NCBI RefSeq assembly: GCF_044324875.1
Contig: NZ_CP172185.1
Length of the DNA stretch: 64,000 nucleotides
Strand: one strand, 5' to 3'
DNA from: Escherichia coli
GTDB lineage: Bacteria; Pseudomonadota; Gammaproteobacteria; Enterobacterales; Enterobacteriaceae
Under the pieces are notes generated by a model. The model had not been told where the DNA came from. It saw nothing but the letters and a program-made list of their open reading frames with translations, and ran no database searches. Positions 32,886-45,327 of this stretch are shown piece after piece (within the stretch, counting starts at the first letter, position 1; each line of letters starts with the position of its first letter). The translations under genes and the position numbers were made by a program.

Positions 32886-33326
32886 TCACCCTTTGGCCTG
32901 TAACTCAATGATATTATGCTCAAGTTTTGCGATGAGCTTAATCAGTTGTTCCAGTTCCTCTGCGGAGATGCCATGTAAAATTTCCGCGCGGGTTTTGTTA
33001 ATAACAGCTTCCATTTCGCTGATCAGCGGCTCTGCCTTTTCCGTCAGTTTAATACGTTTAGCCCGACGATCGCTGGCACAAGTTTGACGCGAAATTAACC
33101 CTTTTTCTTCCAGTTGGTCCAGAGTACGGACCAGTGATGGCTGCTCGATGCCAATCGCTTTTGCCAGTTGAATTTGCGACTGGTCTGGAGGTAACTGATG
33201 GATATTGTGTAACGTAACCCAATGGGTTTGTGTTAACTCCAGCGGTTTCAGGCGATGGTCTATCAGAGCACGCCATATGCGCACCAACCGTGCCAGATCA
33301 GAACCTAGTGGCGATTCCAATTTCAT
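32886..33326 (-). CDS. slyA: MarR-family transcriptional regulator SlyA
   Basis: 146-aa ORF from the ATG at 33326. The K-12 annotation uses the in-frame TTG at 33320, giving 144 aa. A winged HTH is present ([23 protein letters not shown]). Confidence 0.9.
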
Positions 33327-33336
33327 CTCCTTATAA

Positions 33337-33348
33337 TTAGCTTGCTAA
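33337..33348. promoter_or_regulatory. SlyA box (TTAGCAAGCTAA on the minus strand)
   Basis: The plus strand reads TTAGCTTGCTAA, 11 nt upstream of the slyA ATG. This equals the published SlyA consensus palindrome and implies autoregulation. Confidence 0.6.
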
Positions 33349-33520
33349 GATATTATGCGGCTTTTAGAATAGTGTGCAGCAATTGTATTGCTAAAACAAA
33401 TGTATTGCTGCATTTGGTTACCGTCAGACATATTTTTCAGAAATTGCGCGTAAATTTTTCGCACTTAAAGAATATTTATTAATCTAACGCAATATATTCG
33501 GTCGTAAAGGAATCTACTTT

Positions 33521-33757
33521 GTGAAGTTTATGCTCAATGCAACAGGATTGCCCTTACAAGATCTGGTGTTCGGTGCGTCCGTCTACTTTCCTCCGTTTTT
33601 CAAAGCCTTCGCGTTTGGATTCGTCATCTGGCTTGTCGTACACCGCCTGCTTCGTGGCTGGATCTACGCCGGTGACATCTGGCATCCCTTGTTAATGGAT
33701 TTATCGCTGTTTGCGATTTGCGTTTGCCTTGCCCTGGCAATACTGATTGCGTGGTAA
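33521..33757 (+). CDS. ydhI: small membrane protein YdhI (AaeX-like, DUF1656)
   Basis: 78-aa ORF with two TM segments and a GTG start. It is the first gene of ydhIJK. Confidence 0.8.
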
Positions 33758-33759
33758 CT

Positions 33760-34617
33760 ATGTCAATTAAAACAATTAAGTATTTCTCAACAATCATTGT
33801 AGCGGTAGTTGCGGTTCTTGCCGGATGGTGGCTGTGGAATTATTACATGCAATCTCCGTGGACACGCGACGGGAAAATACGCGCAGAACAGGTTTCTATC
33901 ACCCCTCAGGTGTCGGGACGTATTGTTGAGCTGAATATAAAAGACAACCAACTGGTTAACGCGGGGGATCTTCTGCTCACGATCGATAAAACGCCCTTTC
34001 AGATCGCCGAGCTGAACGCACAGGCTCAGCTGGCGAAAGCGCAATCTGACCTCGCAAAAGCCAATAACGAAGCGAATCGTCGTCGTCATCTCTCACAAAA
34101 TTTTATTTCTGCCGAAGAACTCGATACCGCTAACCTCAATGTTAAAGCGATGCAGGCCAGTGTTGATGCCGCACAGGCGACGCTGAAACAGGCACAATGG
34201 CAACTGGCGCAAACGGAAATTCGCGCCCCGGTGAGTGGATGGGTGACTAACCTCACTACCCGCATCGGCGATTACGCTGACACCGGGAAACCGCTGTTTG
34301 CCCTTGTCGACAGCCACTCGTTTTACGTCATTGGTTATTTTGAAGAAACCAAGTTGCGCCATATCCGCGAAGGTGCACCAGCACAAATTACCCTCTATAG
34401 TGATAACAAAACGTTACAGGGTCACGTTTCCAGTATCGGTCGGGCGATTTATGATCAGAGCGTTGAAAGTGACTCAAGCCTTATTCCGGATGTGAAACCT
34501 AACGTCCCCTGGGTTCGACTTGCCCAACGCGTTCCCGTCCGCTTTGCGCTGGATAAAGTCCCAGGCGATGTCACGCTGGTGTCGGGCACCACCTGTAGCA
34601 TTGCCGTAGGTCAATAA
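33760..34617 (+). CDS. ydhJ: membrane fusion protein YdhJ (HlyD/AaeA-like)
   Basis: ORF trimmed to the ATG at 33760 ([22 protein letters not shown]), giving 285 aa. A coiled-coil/lipoyl MFP architecture is present. Confidence 0.88.
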   Translation: MSIKTIKYFSTIIVAVVAVLAGWWLWNYYMQSPWTRDGKIRAEQVSITPQVSGRIVELNIKDNQLVNAGDLLLTIDKTPFQIAELNAQAQLAKAQSDLAKANNEANRRRHLSQNFISAEELDTANLNVKAMQASVDAAQATLKQAQWQLAQTEIRAPVSGWVTNLTTRIGDYADTGKPLFALVDSHSFYVIGYFEETKLRHIREGAPAQITLYSDNKTLQGHVSSIGRAIYDQSVESDSSLIPDVKPNVPWVRLAQRVPVRFALDKVPGDVTLVSGTTCSIAVGQ

Positions 34618-36629
34618 TGAACGCATCGTCATGGTCCTTGCGCAATTTGCCCTGGTTCAGGGCCACGCTGGCGCAATGGCGTTATGCGTTACGCAATACC
34701 ATTGCCATGTGTCTGGCGCTGACGGTTGCCTATTATTTAAATCTGGATGAACCCTATTGGGCGATGACCTCGGCTGCCGTGGTTAGCTTTCCCACCGTTG
34801 GCGGTGTCATCAGCAAAAGCCTCGGACGCATCGCTGGCAGTTTGCTCGGAGCCATTGCGGCACTGCTTCTTGCCGGACATACGCTCAATGAGCCGTGGTT
34901 TTTTCTTTTGAGCATGGCGGCGTGGCTTGGCTTTTGTACCTGGGCCTGTGCGCACTTCACGAATAATGTCGCGTATGCATTTCAACTGGCGGGCTACACG
35001 GCTGCCATCATCGCCTTTCCGATGGTTAATATTACTGAGGCCAGCCAGCTGTGGGATATCGCTCAGGCGCGCGTTTGCGAGGTGATTGTCGGTATTTTGT
35101 GCGGCGGCATGATGATGATGATCCTGCCGAGCAGTTCCGATGCTACTGCCCTTTTAACCGCATTGAAAAACATGCACGCCCGATTACTGGAACATGCCAG
35201 TTTACTCTGGCAGCCTGAAACAACCGATGCCATTCGTGCAGCACATGAGGGGGTGATTGGACAGATACTGACCATGAATTTGCTCCGTATCCAGGCTTTC
35301 TGGAGCCACTATCGTTTTCGCCAGCAAAACGCACGCCTTAATGCGCTGCTCCACCAGCAATTACGTATGACCAGTGTCATCTCCAGCCTGCGACGTATGT
35401 TGCTCAACTGGCCCTCACCGCCATGTGCCACACGAGAAATTCTCGAACAGCTGCTGACGGCGCTCGCCAGTTCGCAAACAGATGTTTACACCGTCGCACG
35501 TATTATCGCCCCGCTACGCCCGACCAACGTCGCCGACTACCGGCACGTCGCCTTCTGGCAGCGACTACGTTATTTTTGCCGCCTTTATCTGCAAAGTAGT
35601 CAGGAATTACATCGTCTGCAAAGCGGTGTGGATGATCATACCAGACTCCCACGGACATCCGGCCTGGCTCGTCATACCGATAACGCCGAAGCTATGTGGA
35701 GCGGACTGCGTACATTTTGTACGTTGATGATGATTGGCGCATGGAGTATTGCTTCGCAATGGGATGCCGGTGCCAATGCATTAACGCTGGCAGCAATTAG
35801 CTGCGTACTCTACTCCGCCGTCGCAGCACCGTTTAAGTCGTTGTCACTGCTGATGCGCACGCTGGTGTTACTTTCGCTATTCAGCTTTGTGGTCAAATTT
35901 GGCCTGATGGTCCAGATTAGCGATCTGTGGCAATTTTTACTGTTTCTCTTTCCACTGCTGGCGACGATGCAGCTTCTTAAATTGCAGATGCCCAAATTTG
36001 CCGCACTGTGGGGGCAACTGATTGTTTTTATGGGTTCGTTTATCGCTGTCACTAATCCCCCGGTGTATGATTTTGCTGATTTTCTTAACGATAATTTGGC
36101 AAAAATCGTTGGCGTCGCGTTGGCGTGGTTAGCGTTCGCCATTTTGCGTCCAGGGTCGGATGCTCGTAAAAGCCGTCGTCATATTCGCGCGCTGCGCCGG
36201 GATTTTGTCGATCAACTAAGCCGCCATCCAACACTGAGTGAAAGCGAATTTGAATCGCTCACTTATCATCACGTCAGTCAGTTGAGTAACAGCCAGGATG
36301 CGCTGGCTCGCCGTTGGTTATTACGCTGGGGTGTAGTGCTGCTGAACTGTTCTCATGTTGTCTGGCAATTACGCGACTGGGAATCGCGTTCCGATCCGTT
36401 ATCGCGAGTACGGGATAACTGTATTTCACTGTTGCGGGGAGTGATGAGTGAGCGTGGCGTTCAGCAAAAATCACTGGCGACCACACTTGAAGAATTACAG
36501 CGGATTTGTGACAGCCTTGCCCGTCATCATCAACCTGCTGCCCGTGAGCTGGCGGCAATTGTCTGGCGGCTGTACTGCTCGCTTTCGCAACTTGAGCAAG
36601 CACCGCCACAAGGTACGCTGGCCTCTTAA
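34617..36629 (+). CDS. ydhK: fusaric-acid-resistance-type efflux protein YdhK (AaeB-like)
   Basis: 670-aa ORF with two clusters of TM helices. Its start overlaps the ydhJ stop. Confidence 0.88.
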   Translation: MNASSWSLRNLPWFRATLAQWRYALRNTIAMCLALTVAYYLNLDEPYWAMTSAAVVSFPTVGGVISKSLGRIAGSLLGAIAALLLAGHTLNEPWFFLLSMAAWLGFCTWACAHFTNNVAYAFQLAGYTAAIIAFPMVNITEASQLWDIAQARVCEVIVGILCGGMMMMILPSSSDATALLTALKNMHARLLEHASLLWQPETTDAIRAAHEGVIGQILTMNLLRIQAFWSHYRFRQQNARLNALLHQQLRMTSVISSLRRMLLNWPSPPCATREILEQLLTALASSQTDVYTVARIIAPLRPTNVADYRHVAFWQRLRYFCRLYLQSSQELHRLQSGVDDHTRLPRTSGLARHTDNAEAMWSGLRTFCTLMMIGAWSIASQWDAGANALTLAAISCVLYSAVAAPFKSLSLLMRTLVLLSLFSFVVKFGLMVQISDLWQFLLFLFPLLATMQLLKLQMPKFAALWGQLIVFMGSFIAVTNPPVYDFADFLNDNLAKIVGVALAWLAFAILRPGSDARKSRRHIRALRRDFVDQLSRHPTLSESEFESLTYHHVSQLSNSQDALARRWLLRWGVVLLNCSHVVWQLRDWESRSDPLSRVRDNCISLLRGVMSERGVQQKSLATTLEELQRICDSLARHHQPAARELAAIVWRLYCSLSQLEQAPPQGTLAS

Positions 36630-37151
36630 TTACTTAATTACACCACAGGCATAGCGTTCACCGCCACCGCCCAGCGGTTTAGGTTGATCGGACATATTAT
36701 CGCCGCCAACGTGGACCATCAGTGCTTTGTCTTTGACTTCATCCAGTGATTTCAGACGAGGTGCGATGACGGCATCGGTAGCTTTGCCGTCATTATTGAC
36801 GACCAGTGCAGGCAGATCGCCTAAATGCCCGGCACCTTCTGGCCCTTCATGTTTACCGGTATTTTGTGGATCAAGATGCCCGCCTGCGGATTCCGCGGCG
36901 CTGGCTTTGCCATCTTTGGTGGCTGGCTGGCAGCTTCCTTTGGCATGAATATGGAAGCCATGTTCACCGGGGGGTAATGCTTTCAGATCGGGCGAAAACT
37001 CCAGACCTTTATCGGTTTCAGTAATGGTGACGCTACCAATTGACTGCCCAACCCCTTGCGACGTGACGAGGTTCATCTCGACTTTTTCACTGGCAGCTTG
37101 TGCGCCGGTCGCAACAACCAGCGCCAGAATGGCCAGACTAAAACGTTTCAT
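36630..37151 (-). CDS. sodC: periplasmic Cu,Zn superoxide dismutase
   Basis: ORF trimmed to the ATG at 37151 (MKRFSLAILALVVATGAQA signal peptide), giving 173 aa. The motif GFHIHAKGSC is present. Confidence 0.93.
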   Translation of the reverse strand: MKRFSLAILALVVATGAQAASEKVEMNLVTSQGVGQSIGSVTITETDKGLEFSPDLKALPPGEHGFHIHAKGSCQPATKDGKASAAESAGGHLDPQNTGKHEGPEGAGHLGDLPALVVNNDGKATDAVIAPRLKSLDEVKDKALMVHVGGDNMSDQPKPLGGGGERYACGVIK

Positions 37152-37231
37152 AGGACCTCCGTTCATTGTGCATTCCTGAATAAGTGTAAACCAGTGACAC
37201 ATTTTTGAACGGCGGCTATTCCTAAAAGTGC

Positions 37232-38128
37232 TTACGGTACGTCGTAACCCAGTGCCGCTTTACGGATACGGAACCATTGTTGACGGGTCATTTTCAGTGT
37301 TTCTGCTTCGACAGCTGCCCGTACGCGCTCAATTTTACCTGAGCCGATAATTGGCAGCGGCTGCGACGGTAAACGTAATACCCAGGCGTAAACCACCTGT
37401 TCAATCGAGCCCGCGTTTAACTCCTCCGCCACCACAGCCAGTTCATCACGCAGCGGCTGGAAATAATCATCATTAAACAGACGACCACCACCAAGGCAGG
37501 ACCACGCCATCGGACGAACACGCAGTTGTTGCAGTTGGTCGAGCGTGCCATCCAGCAGTAACGGCTGATGCACCGGGGATATTTCCACCTGATTAGTGGC
37601 AAGGGTAAACGGCAGACGTGATTGCAACAGGGCAAATTGCGCAGGCGTAAAGTTCGATACGCCAAAATGGCGCACTTTGCCGCTCTGATGCAGATGTTTA
37701 AACGCGTCCGCCACTTCATCGGCATCCATTAACGGGTCTGGTCGGTGGATTAACAGCAGATCCAGATGATCGGTCGCGAGATTAATTAGCGACTGTTCGG
37801 CGCTCTTAATGATGTGATCGCGGTCAGTGATGTAATGACCAATGACGTTTTCTTCACGCGCGGTCGTCGCGATACCGCATTTACTGACGATTTCCATCCG
37901 TTCACGCAGATGAGGTGCAAGTTTCAGCGCCTCGCCAAACGCCGCTTCGCACTGATAGCCACCATAAATATCAGCATGGTCCACGGTGGTCACGCCGAGA
38001 TCCAGATGCTCTTCAATAAAACTGACCAGCTGGCGGGCGGACATATTCCAGTCCATCAATCGCCAGTAGCCCATCACAAAACGGGAAAACTCCGGGCCTT
38101 GCGGCGCAATAGTAATACGCTGAACCAT
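37232..38128 (-). CDS. ydhF: aldo-keto reductase family oxidoreductase YdhF
   Basis: 298-aa ORF with AKR motifs (TVDHADIYG, HFGVSNF). Confidence 0.88.
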   Translation of the reverse strand: MVQRITIAPQGPEFSRFVMGYWRLMDWNMSARQLVSFIEEHLDLGVTTVDHADIYGGYQCEAAFGEALKLAPHLRERMEIVSKCGIATTAREENVIGHYITDRDHIIKSAEQSLINLATDHLDLLLIHRPDPLMDADEVADAFKHLHQSGKVRHFGVSNFTPAQFALLQSRLPFTLATNQVEISPVHQPLLLDGTLDQLQQLRVRPMAWSCLGGGRLFNDDYFQPLRDELAVVAEELNAGSIEQVVYAWVLRLPSQPLPIIGSGKIERVRAAVEAETLKMTRQQWFRIRKAALGYDVP

Positions 38129-38176
38129 AATCGCTTCCTCTTATCAGATATGAGAGGAGTATACGCAAGATTAGAC

Positions 38177-38416
38177 TCAAAAGAGTGATGGTTGCTCCGG
38201 TTCGTCTGATGACGCTGGCTTATTTGCGCGTAATTTGCGCATTAATCGCTGCCGACAAAGGCGCAGCACCTCTTGTTTTTCGCCATCGCTCATTTTATTC
38301 CAGTTAAAACGCTCATCCCGACTACGAAAACAGCCGCGACAAAACCCGCGTTCGTCAGACTGGCAAATTCCCCGGCACGGGCTCTGTACGGGAAAGAACT
38401 CTAATTGCTCCGCCAC
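38177..38416 (-). CDS. ydhL: DUF1289 cysteine-rich protein YdhL
   Basis: 79-aa ORF with the motif SPCRGICQSDERGFCRGCFR. Confidence 0.8.
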   Translation of the reverse strand: MAEQLEFFPVQSPCRGICQSDERGFCRGCFRSRDERFNWNKMSDGEKQEVLRLCRQRLMRKLRANKPASSDEPEQPSLF

Positions 38417-38489
38417 TTCGCCCTCCTCAAAATAAGATTATTACCATTATTGAAGCTGTTAATGCCCAAAGTAGCAACTTTGCTTGCAC

Positions 38490-38505
38490 TAGACCGACTG
38501 GTCTA
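38490..38505. promoter_or_regulatory. NemR box TAGACCGACTGGTCTA
   Basis: Perfect TAGACC-N4-GGTCTA dyad 15 nt upstream of the nemR ATG. It matches the described NemR operator. Confidence 0.7.
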
Positions 38506-38519
38506 CTACACTCCAACGC

Positions 38520-39119
38520 ATGAACAAACACACCGAACATGATACTCGCGAACATCTCCTGGCAACGGGCGAGCAACTTTGCCTGCAACGTGGATTCACC
38601 GGGATGGGGCTAAGCGAATTACTAAAAACCGCTGAAGTGCCGAAAGGGTCCTTCTATCACTACTTTCGCTCTAAAGAAGCGTTTGGCGTTGCCATGCTTG
38701 AGCGCCATTACGCCGCATATCACCAGCGACTGACTGAGTTGCTGCAATCCGGCGAAGGTAACTACCGCGACCGCATACTGGCTTATTACCAGCAAACACT
38801 GAACCAGTTTTGCCAACATGGAACCATCAGTGGTTGCCTGACAGTAAAACTCTCTGCCGAAGTGTGCGATCTGTCAGAAGATATGCGTAGCGCGATGGAT
38901 AAAGGCGCTCGCGGCGTGATCGTTCTGCTCTCGCAGGCGCTGGAAAATGGCCGTGATAGCCATTGTTTAACCTTTTGTGGCGAACCGCTGCAACAGGCAC
39001 AAGTGCTTTACGCACTATGGCTGGGTGCGAATCTGCAGGCCAAAATTTCGCGCAATTCCGAGCCACTGGAAAACGCGCTGGCACATGTAAAAACCATTAT
39101 TGCGACGCCTGCCGTTTAG
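38520..39119 (+). CDS. nemR: TetR-family electrophile-sensing repressor NemR
   Basis: 199 aa with a TetR HTH (REHLLATGEQLCLQRGFTGMGLSELLKTAEVPKGSFYHYF). Confidence 0.92.
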   Translation: MNKHTEHDTREHLLATGEQLCLQRGFTGMGLSELLKTAEVPKGSFYHYFRSKEAFGVAMLERHYAAYHQRLTELLQSGEGNYRDRILAYYQQTLNQFCQHGTISGCLTVKLSAEVCDLSEDMRSAMDKGARGVIVLLSQALENGRDSHCLTFCGEPLQQAQVLYALWLGANLQAKISRNSEPLENALAHVKTIIATPAV

Positions 39120-39155
39120 CAGGCATTTTTTATCACCAGACGACCGGGAGCCTTT

Positions 39156-40253
39156 ATGTCATCTGAAAAACTGTATTCCCCACTGAAAGTGGGCGCGATC
39201 ACGGCGGCAAACCGTATTTTTATGGCACCGCTGACGCGTCTGCGCAGTATTGAACCGGGTGACATCCCTACCCCGTTGATGGCGGAATACTATCGCCAAC
39301 GTGCCAGTGCCGGTTTGATTATTAGCGAAGCCACGCAAATTTCTGCCCAGGCAAAAGGGTATGCTGGTGCACCTGGCATCCATAGTCCGGAACAAATTGC
39401 CGCATGGAAAAAAATTACCGCTGGCGTTCATGCTGAAAATGGTCATATGGCCGTACAGCTGTGGCACACCGGACGCATTTCTCACGCCAGCCTGCAACCT
39501 GGCGGTCAGGCACCGGTAGCGCCTTCCGCACTTAGCGCGGGAACACGTACTTCTCTGCGCGATGAAAATGGTCAGGCGATCCGTGTTGAAACATCCATGC
39601 CGCGTGCGCTTGAACTGGAAGAGATTCCGGGTATCGTCAATGATTTCCGTCAGGCCATTGCTAACGCGCGTGAAGCCGGTTTTGATCTGGTAGAGCTCCA
39701 CTCTGCTCATGGTTATTTGCTGCATCAGTTCCTTTCTCCTTCTTCAAACCATCGTACCGATCAGTACGGCGGCAGCGTGGAAAATCGCGCACGTCTGGTG
39801 CTGGAAGTGGTCGATGCAGGGATTGAAGAATGGGGGGCCGATCGCATTGGCATTCGCGTTTCGCCAATCGGTACTTTCCAGAACACGGATAACGGCCCGA
39901 ATGAAGAAGCCGATGCACTGTATCTGATTGAACAACTGGGTAAACGCGGCATTGCTTATCTGCATATGTCAGAACCAGATTGGGCGGGAGGTGAACCGTA
40001 TACTGATGCGTTCCGCGAAAAAGTACGCGCCCGTTTCCACGGTCCGATTATCGGCGCAGGTGCATACACGGTAGAAAAAGCCGAAACGCTGATTGGCAAA
40101 GGGTTAATTGATGCGGTGGCATTTGGTCGTGACTGGATTGCGAACCCGGATCTGGTCGCCCGCTTGCAGCGCAAAGCTGAGCTTAACCCACAGCGTGCCG
40201 AAAGTTTTTACGGTGGCGGCGCGGAAGGCTACACTGATTACCCGACGCTATAA
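39156..40253 (+). CDS. nemA: N-ethylmaleimide reductase (Old Yellow Enzyme family)
   Basis: 365-aa ORF of the OYE family ([20 protein letters not shown]). Confidence 0.94.
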
Positions 40254-40333
40254 TCCAACATTGCGAGCGGCGCAAAGCCGCCGCTATACTAAAACAACAT
40301 TTTGAATCTGTTAGCCATTTTGAGGATATAAAG

Positions 40334-40741
40334 ATGCGTCTTCTTCATACCATGCTGCGCGTTGGCGATCTGCAACGCTCCATCGATTTTTATACCAAAG
40401 TACTGGGCATGAAACTGCTGCGTACCAGCGAAAACCCGGAATACAAATACTCACTGGCGTTTGTTGGCTACGGCCCGGAAACCGAAGAAGCGGTGATTGA
40501 ACTGACCTACAACTGGGGCGTGGATAAATACGAACTCGGCACTGCTTATGGTCACATCGCGCTTAGCGTTGATAACGCCGCTGAAGCGTGCGAAAAAATC
40601 CGTCAAAACGGGGGTAACGTCACCCGTGAAGCGGGTCCGGTAAAAGGCGGTACTACGGTTATCGCGTTTGTGGAAGATCCGGACGGTTACAAAATTGAGT
40701 TAATCGAAGAGAAAGACGCCGGTCGCGGTCTGGGCAACTAA
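40334..40741 (+). CDS. gloA: glyoxalase I (lactoylglutathione lyase)
   Basis: 135-aa [33 protein letters not shown] matches GloA. Confidence 0.95.
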
Positions 40742-40843
40742 TCTCCTGCCGGGCGTGAACTCATCGCGCCCGCATCTTTACTGCATCGACAAGTAATATT
40801 TGTCATAATGCGCGCTGCAATTTATCCGTATTAAGAGAATCAG

Positions 40844-41491
40844 ATGTCCGATAACGCTCAACTTACCGGTCTGTGCGACCGTTTTCGTGGTTTTTATCCT
40901 GTTGTGATCGATGTTGAAACAGCCGGATTTAACGCCAAAACCGATGCGCTGCTTGAGATTGCCGCCATCACCCTGAAAATGGATGAACAAGGCTGGCTGA
41001 TGCCGGACACCACATTACATTTCCACGTCGAACCATTTGTCGGCGCAAATTTGCAGCCAGAGGCCCTCGCCTTCAACGGCATTGACCCGAACGATCCCGA
41101 TCGCGGCGCGGTCAGCGAATACGAGGCGCTGCACGAAATTTTTAAAGCTGTACGTAAAGGCATTAAAGCGAGCGGCTGTAACCGCGCCATTATAGTGGCG
41201 CACAACGCCAATTTCGATCACAGCTTTATGATGGCCGCCGCAGAACGCGCCTCACTGAAACGTAACCCGTTCCACCCTTTCGCCACTTTTGACACTGCTG
41301 CACTTGCCGGGCTGGCACTCGGACAAACCGTATTGTCAAAGGCTTGCCAGACCGCTGGCATGGACTTCGACAGCACCCAGGCGCACTCCGCGCTGTACGA
41401 CACCGAACGCACTGCTGTGCTGTTTTGTGAAATCGTCAACCGCTGGAAACGTCTGGGAGGCTGGCCGCTACCTGCCGCCGAAGAGGTGTAA
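40844..41491 (+). CDS. rnt: ribonuclease T
   Basis: 215-aa DEDDh exonuclease ([25 protein letters not shown]). Confidence 0.94.
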   Translation: MSDNAQLTGLCDRFRGFYPVVIDVETAGFNAKTDALLEIAAITLKMDEQGWLMPDTTLHFHVEPFVGANLQPEALAFNGIDPNDPDRGAVSEYEALHEIFKAVRKGIKASGCNRAIIVAHNANFDHSFMMAAAERASLKRNPFHPFATFDTAALAGLALGQTVLSKACQTAGMDFDSTQAHSALYDTERTAVLFCEIVNRWKRLGGWPLPAAEEV

Positions 41492-41583
41492 TCGAGTCGA
41501 TGCCTGATGACATGCAATGATTCAGGCATCTATAGTGAGGCTATTCCACGCATCATGCATGATATTCACGGGGAATAGCGTTA

Positions 41584-44500
41584 ATGGCAGATAATCCAAA
41601 CCTTTCATCGCCCCTGCCGGACGTGTTTTCACCGGCAACCCGCGACTGGTTTCTTCGCGCCTTTAAACAGCCGACCGCTGTCCAGTCGCAAACCTGGCAT
41701 GTGGCGGCGCGAGGCGAACATGCGCTGGTGATTGCACCGACTGGCTCCGGGAAAACGCTGGCAGCATTTCTCTACGCCCTCGATCAGCTCTTCCGCGAAG
41801 GCGGCGAAGATACCCGCGAGGCGCATAAACGTAAAACCTCACGCATCCTCTATATTTCACCGATCAAAGCTCTGGGCACCGACGTTCAGCGCAACTTGCA
41901 GATCCCGTTACAGGGTATTGCCGATGAACGGCGGCGGCGCGGCGAAACGGAAGTCAATCTTCGCGTGGGGATCCGTACTGGCGATACGCCTGCACAGGAA
42001 CGCAGCAAACTCACCCGTAATCCGCCGGATATTCTGATCACCACACCCGAATCACTCTATCTGATGCTGACCTCCCGCGCGCGCGAAACGCTACGCGGCG
42101 TCGAAACGGTAATTATTGATGAAGTCCACGCGGTAGCGGGCAGTAAACGTGGTGCGCATCTGGCGTTAAGTCTGGAGCGGCTCGATGCGCTGCTCCACAC
42201 CTCAGCACAGCGAATTGGCCTTTCTGCCACTGTACGCTCAGCCAGCGATGTTGCAGCATTTCTTGGTGGCGATCGCCCGGTTACGGTAGTAAACCCGCCC
42301 GCAATGCGCCATCCGCAGATACGGATTGTCGTACCGGTCGCCAATATGGATGATGTCTCATCGGTCGCCAGCGGCACCGGCGAAGACAGCCATGCCGGCC
42401 GAGAAGGCTCCATCTGGCCATATATTGAAACGGGTATCCTTGATGAAGTTTTGCGCCATCGCTCGACCATTGTCTTTACTAATTCACGCGGGCTGGCGGA
42501 AAAACTGACGGCACGATTGAATGAACTTTACGCCGCACGCTTACAGCGTTCCCCGTCTATCGCCGTTGATGCGGTCCATTTCGAGTCGACCTCCGGCGCA
42601 ACCTCTAACCGTGTACAAAATAGCGACATTTTTATTGCCCGCTCACACCACGGCTCCGTCTCTAAAGAACAACGAGCAATCACCGAACAGGCGCTGAAAT
42701 CGGGTGAATTACGCTGCGTGGTCGCAACCTCCAGTCTCGAACTGGGGATTGATATGGGCGCGGTGGATCTGGTGATTCAGGTGGCAACGCCGCTTTCTGT
42801 TGCCAGTGGGTTACAACGCATTGGACGTGCCGGACACCAGGTAGGTGGTATCTCCAAAGGGCTTTTTTTCCCCCGAACCAGGCGTGACTTAGTCGATTCC
42901 GCAGTCATTGTAGAGTGTATGTTCGCAGGCAGGCTGGAAAACCTGACACCGCCGCATAATCCACTCGACGTCCTTGCGCAGCAAACCGTTGCCGCCGCGG
43001 CGATGGATGCATTACAGGTAGACGAATGGTAATCCCGCGTACGCCGTGCCGCACCGTGGAAAGATCTGCCAAGACGTGTTTTTGACGCCACGCTGGATAT
43101 GCTTTCCGGGCGCTATCCCTCTGGCGATTTTTCTGCTTTTCGCCCCAAACTGGTCTGGAACCGGGAGACCGGGATATTGACCGCCCGACCTGGCGCTCAA
43201 TTGTTGGCGGTTACCAGCGGCGGCACCATTCCGGATCGTGGCATGTATAGCGTGTTATTACCCGAAGGTGAAGAACAGGCCGGTTCGCGGCGGGTGGGTG
43301 AACTGGATGAGGAGATGGTATATGAGTCGCGGGTGAACGACATTATCACTCTCGGCGCTACCTCATGGCGGATCCAGCAAATCACCCGCGATCAGGTGAT
43401 TGTGACTCCTGCTCCAGGTCGTTCTGCCCGCCTTCCCTTCTGGCGTGGTGAAGGTAACGGACGTCCGGCAGAATTAGGCGAGATGATCGGCGATTTTCTC
43501 CATTTACTGGCGGATGGCGCGTTCTTTTCCGGGACTATTCCCCCGTGGTTGGCAGAAGAAAATACGATCGCCAATATTCAGGGGTTGATTGACGAGCAGC
43601 GCAACGCGACGGGCATCGTTCCAGGTAGTCGTCATCTGGTCCTCGAACGGTGCCGTGATGAAATTGGTGACTGGCGTATTATTTTGCACTCTCCCTATGG
43701 AAGACGGGTGCATGAACCCTGGGCGCTGGCGATTGCCGGGCGAATACATGCACTATGGGGCGCTGACGCGTCTGTGGTTGCCAGTGATGACGGCATTGTT
43801 GCGCGCATTCCTGACACCGATGGTAAATTGCCTGATGCCGCGATTTTTTTGTTTGAACCAGAAAAGTTGCTGCAAATTGTCCGCGAGGCGGTAGGCAGCT
43901 CGGCACTTTTCGCCGCCCGTTTTCGCGAATGCTCCGCGCGGGCATTATTAATGCCGGGCCGCACGCCGGGCCATCGCACCCCGCTCTGGCAACAACGGCT
44001 GCGCGCCAGTCAGTTGCTGGAAATCGCTCAGGGATATCCGGATTTTCCGGTCATTCTCGAAACACTACGCGAATGTCTGCAAGATGTTTATGATCTTCCC
44101 GCGCTGGAACGTTTGATGCGTCGCCTGAACGGTGGCGAAATTCAAATATCCGATGTAACGACCACTACGCCTTCGCCTTTCGCCGCCAGTTTATTGTTCG
44201 GCTATGTCGCGGAATTTATGTACCAGAGCGACGCCCCGCTGGCAGAGCGCCGGGCATCCGTACTGTCGCTGGACAGCGAGTTACTGCGCAATCTACTCGG
44301 ACAGGTCGATCCGGGGGAATTACTCGACCCGCAGGTCATTCGCCAGGTGGAAGAAGAGTTGCAACGACTGGCTCCTGGCAGAAGAGCGAAAGGTGAAGAA
44401 GGATTGTTCGACCTGCTGCGCGAACTGGGGCCAATGACCGTTGAAGACCTGGCGCAACGACATACAGGCAGCAGTGAAGAGATTGCGTCGTATCTGGAAA

Positions 44501-45286
44501 ATCTTCTTGCAGTAAAACGAATCTTCCCGACCATGATTAGCGGGCAGGAGCGTCTTGCCTGTATGGATGATGCCGCCAGGCTGCGCGATGCTCTCGGCGT
44601 ACGACTACCAGAGTCACTGCCAGAGATTTATTTGCACCGAGTCAGTTACCCGCTTCGCGACCTCTTTCTGCGCTATCTCCGGGCTCATGCTCTGGTCACG
44701 TCTGAACAACTGGCTCATGAGTTTAGTCTCGGTACTGCCATTGTCGAAGAGCAACTTCAGCAACTGCGCGAACAGGGGCTGGTGATGAATCTGCAACAAG
44801 ACATCTGGGTGAGCGATGAAGTATTTCGTCGTCTGCGTTTGCGCTCGCTGCAAGCCGCCAGAGAAGCGACACGTCCCGTTGCGGCCACGACCTATGCGCG
44901 ATTGCTGCTGGAACGTCAGGGCGTATTACCCGCCACCGATGGTAGCCCGGCACTCTTTGCCTCAACATCGCCAGGCGTTTATGAGGGCGTGGATGGCGTG
45001 ATGCGGGTGATCGAACAGCTTGCTGGCGTTGGTTTACCCGCCTCACTCTGGGAAAGCCAGATCCTGCCTGCCCGCGTACGCGACTATTCGCCAGAAATGC
45101 TCGATGAATTACTGGCAACCGGTGCGGTTATCTGGTCGGGGCAAAAAAAGCTGGGTGAAGATGACGGTCTGGTGGCACTGCATCTACAGGAATATGCCGC
45201 AGAATCGTTCACTCCCGCCGAAGCAGATCAGGCGAATCGTTCGGCGCTGCAGCAAGCGATAATCGCTGTTCTGGCTGACGGAGGTG
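41584..45286 (+). pseudogene. lhr: ATP-dependent helicase Lhr, inactivated by an in-frame TAA (43030-43032) and truncated by prophage insertion at about 45286
   Basis: ORFs 41584..43032 and 43099..45297 share one frame. They are joined by DEW-TAA-SRVRRAAPWKDLP, where Lhr has a sense codon. DEAD-box motifs are present (APTGSGKT, DEVH, SATV). Lhr-like sequence ends after ...AVLADGG, which is about 1234 of about 1538 codons. Confidence 0.9.
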
Positions 45287-45294
45287 ATCAGACA

Positions 45295-45327
45295 TGAGAT
45301 AAATGAAGGGGGATCCGTGAGATAAAT
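45295..45327 (+). repeat. two direct copies of TGAGATAAAT at the prophage terminus (candidate transposase end-binding sites)
   Basis: Copies lie at 45295-45304 and 45318-45327, 23 bp apart, within 45 bp of the lhr junction. A degenerate third copy GATAGATAAG lies at 45391-45400. Confidence 0.5.
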
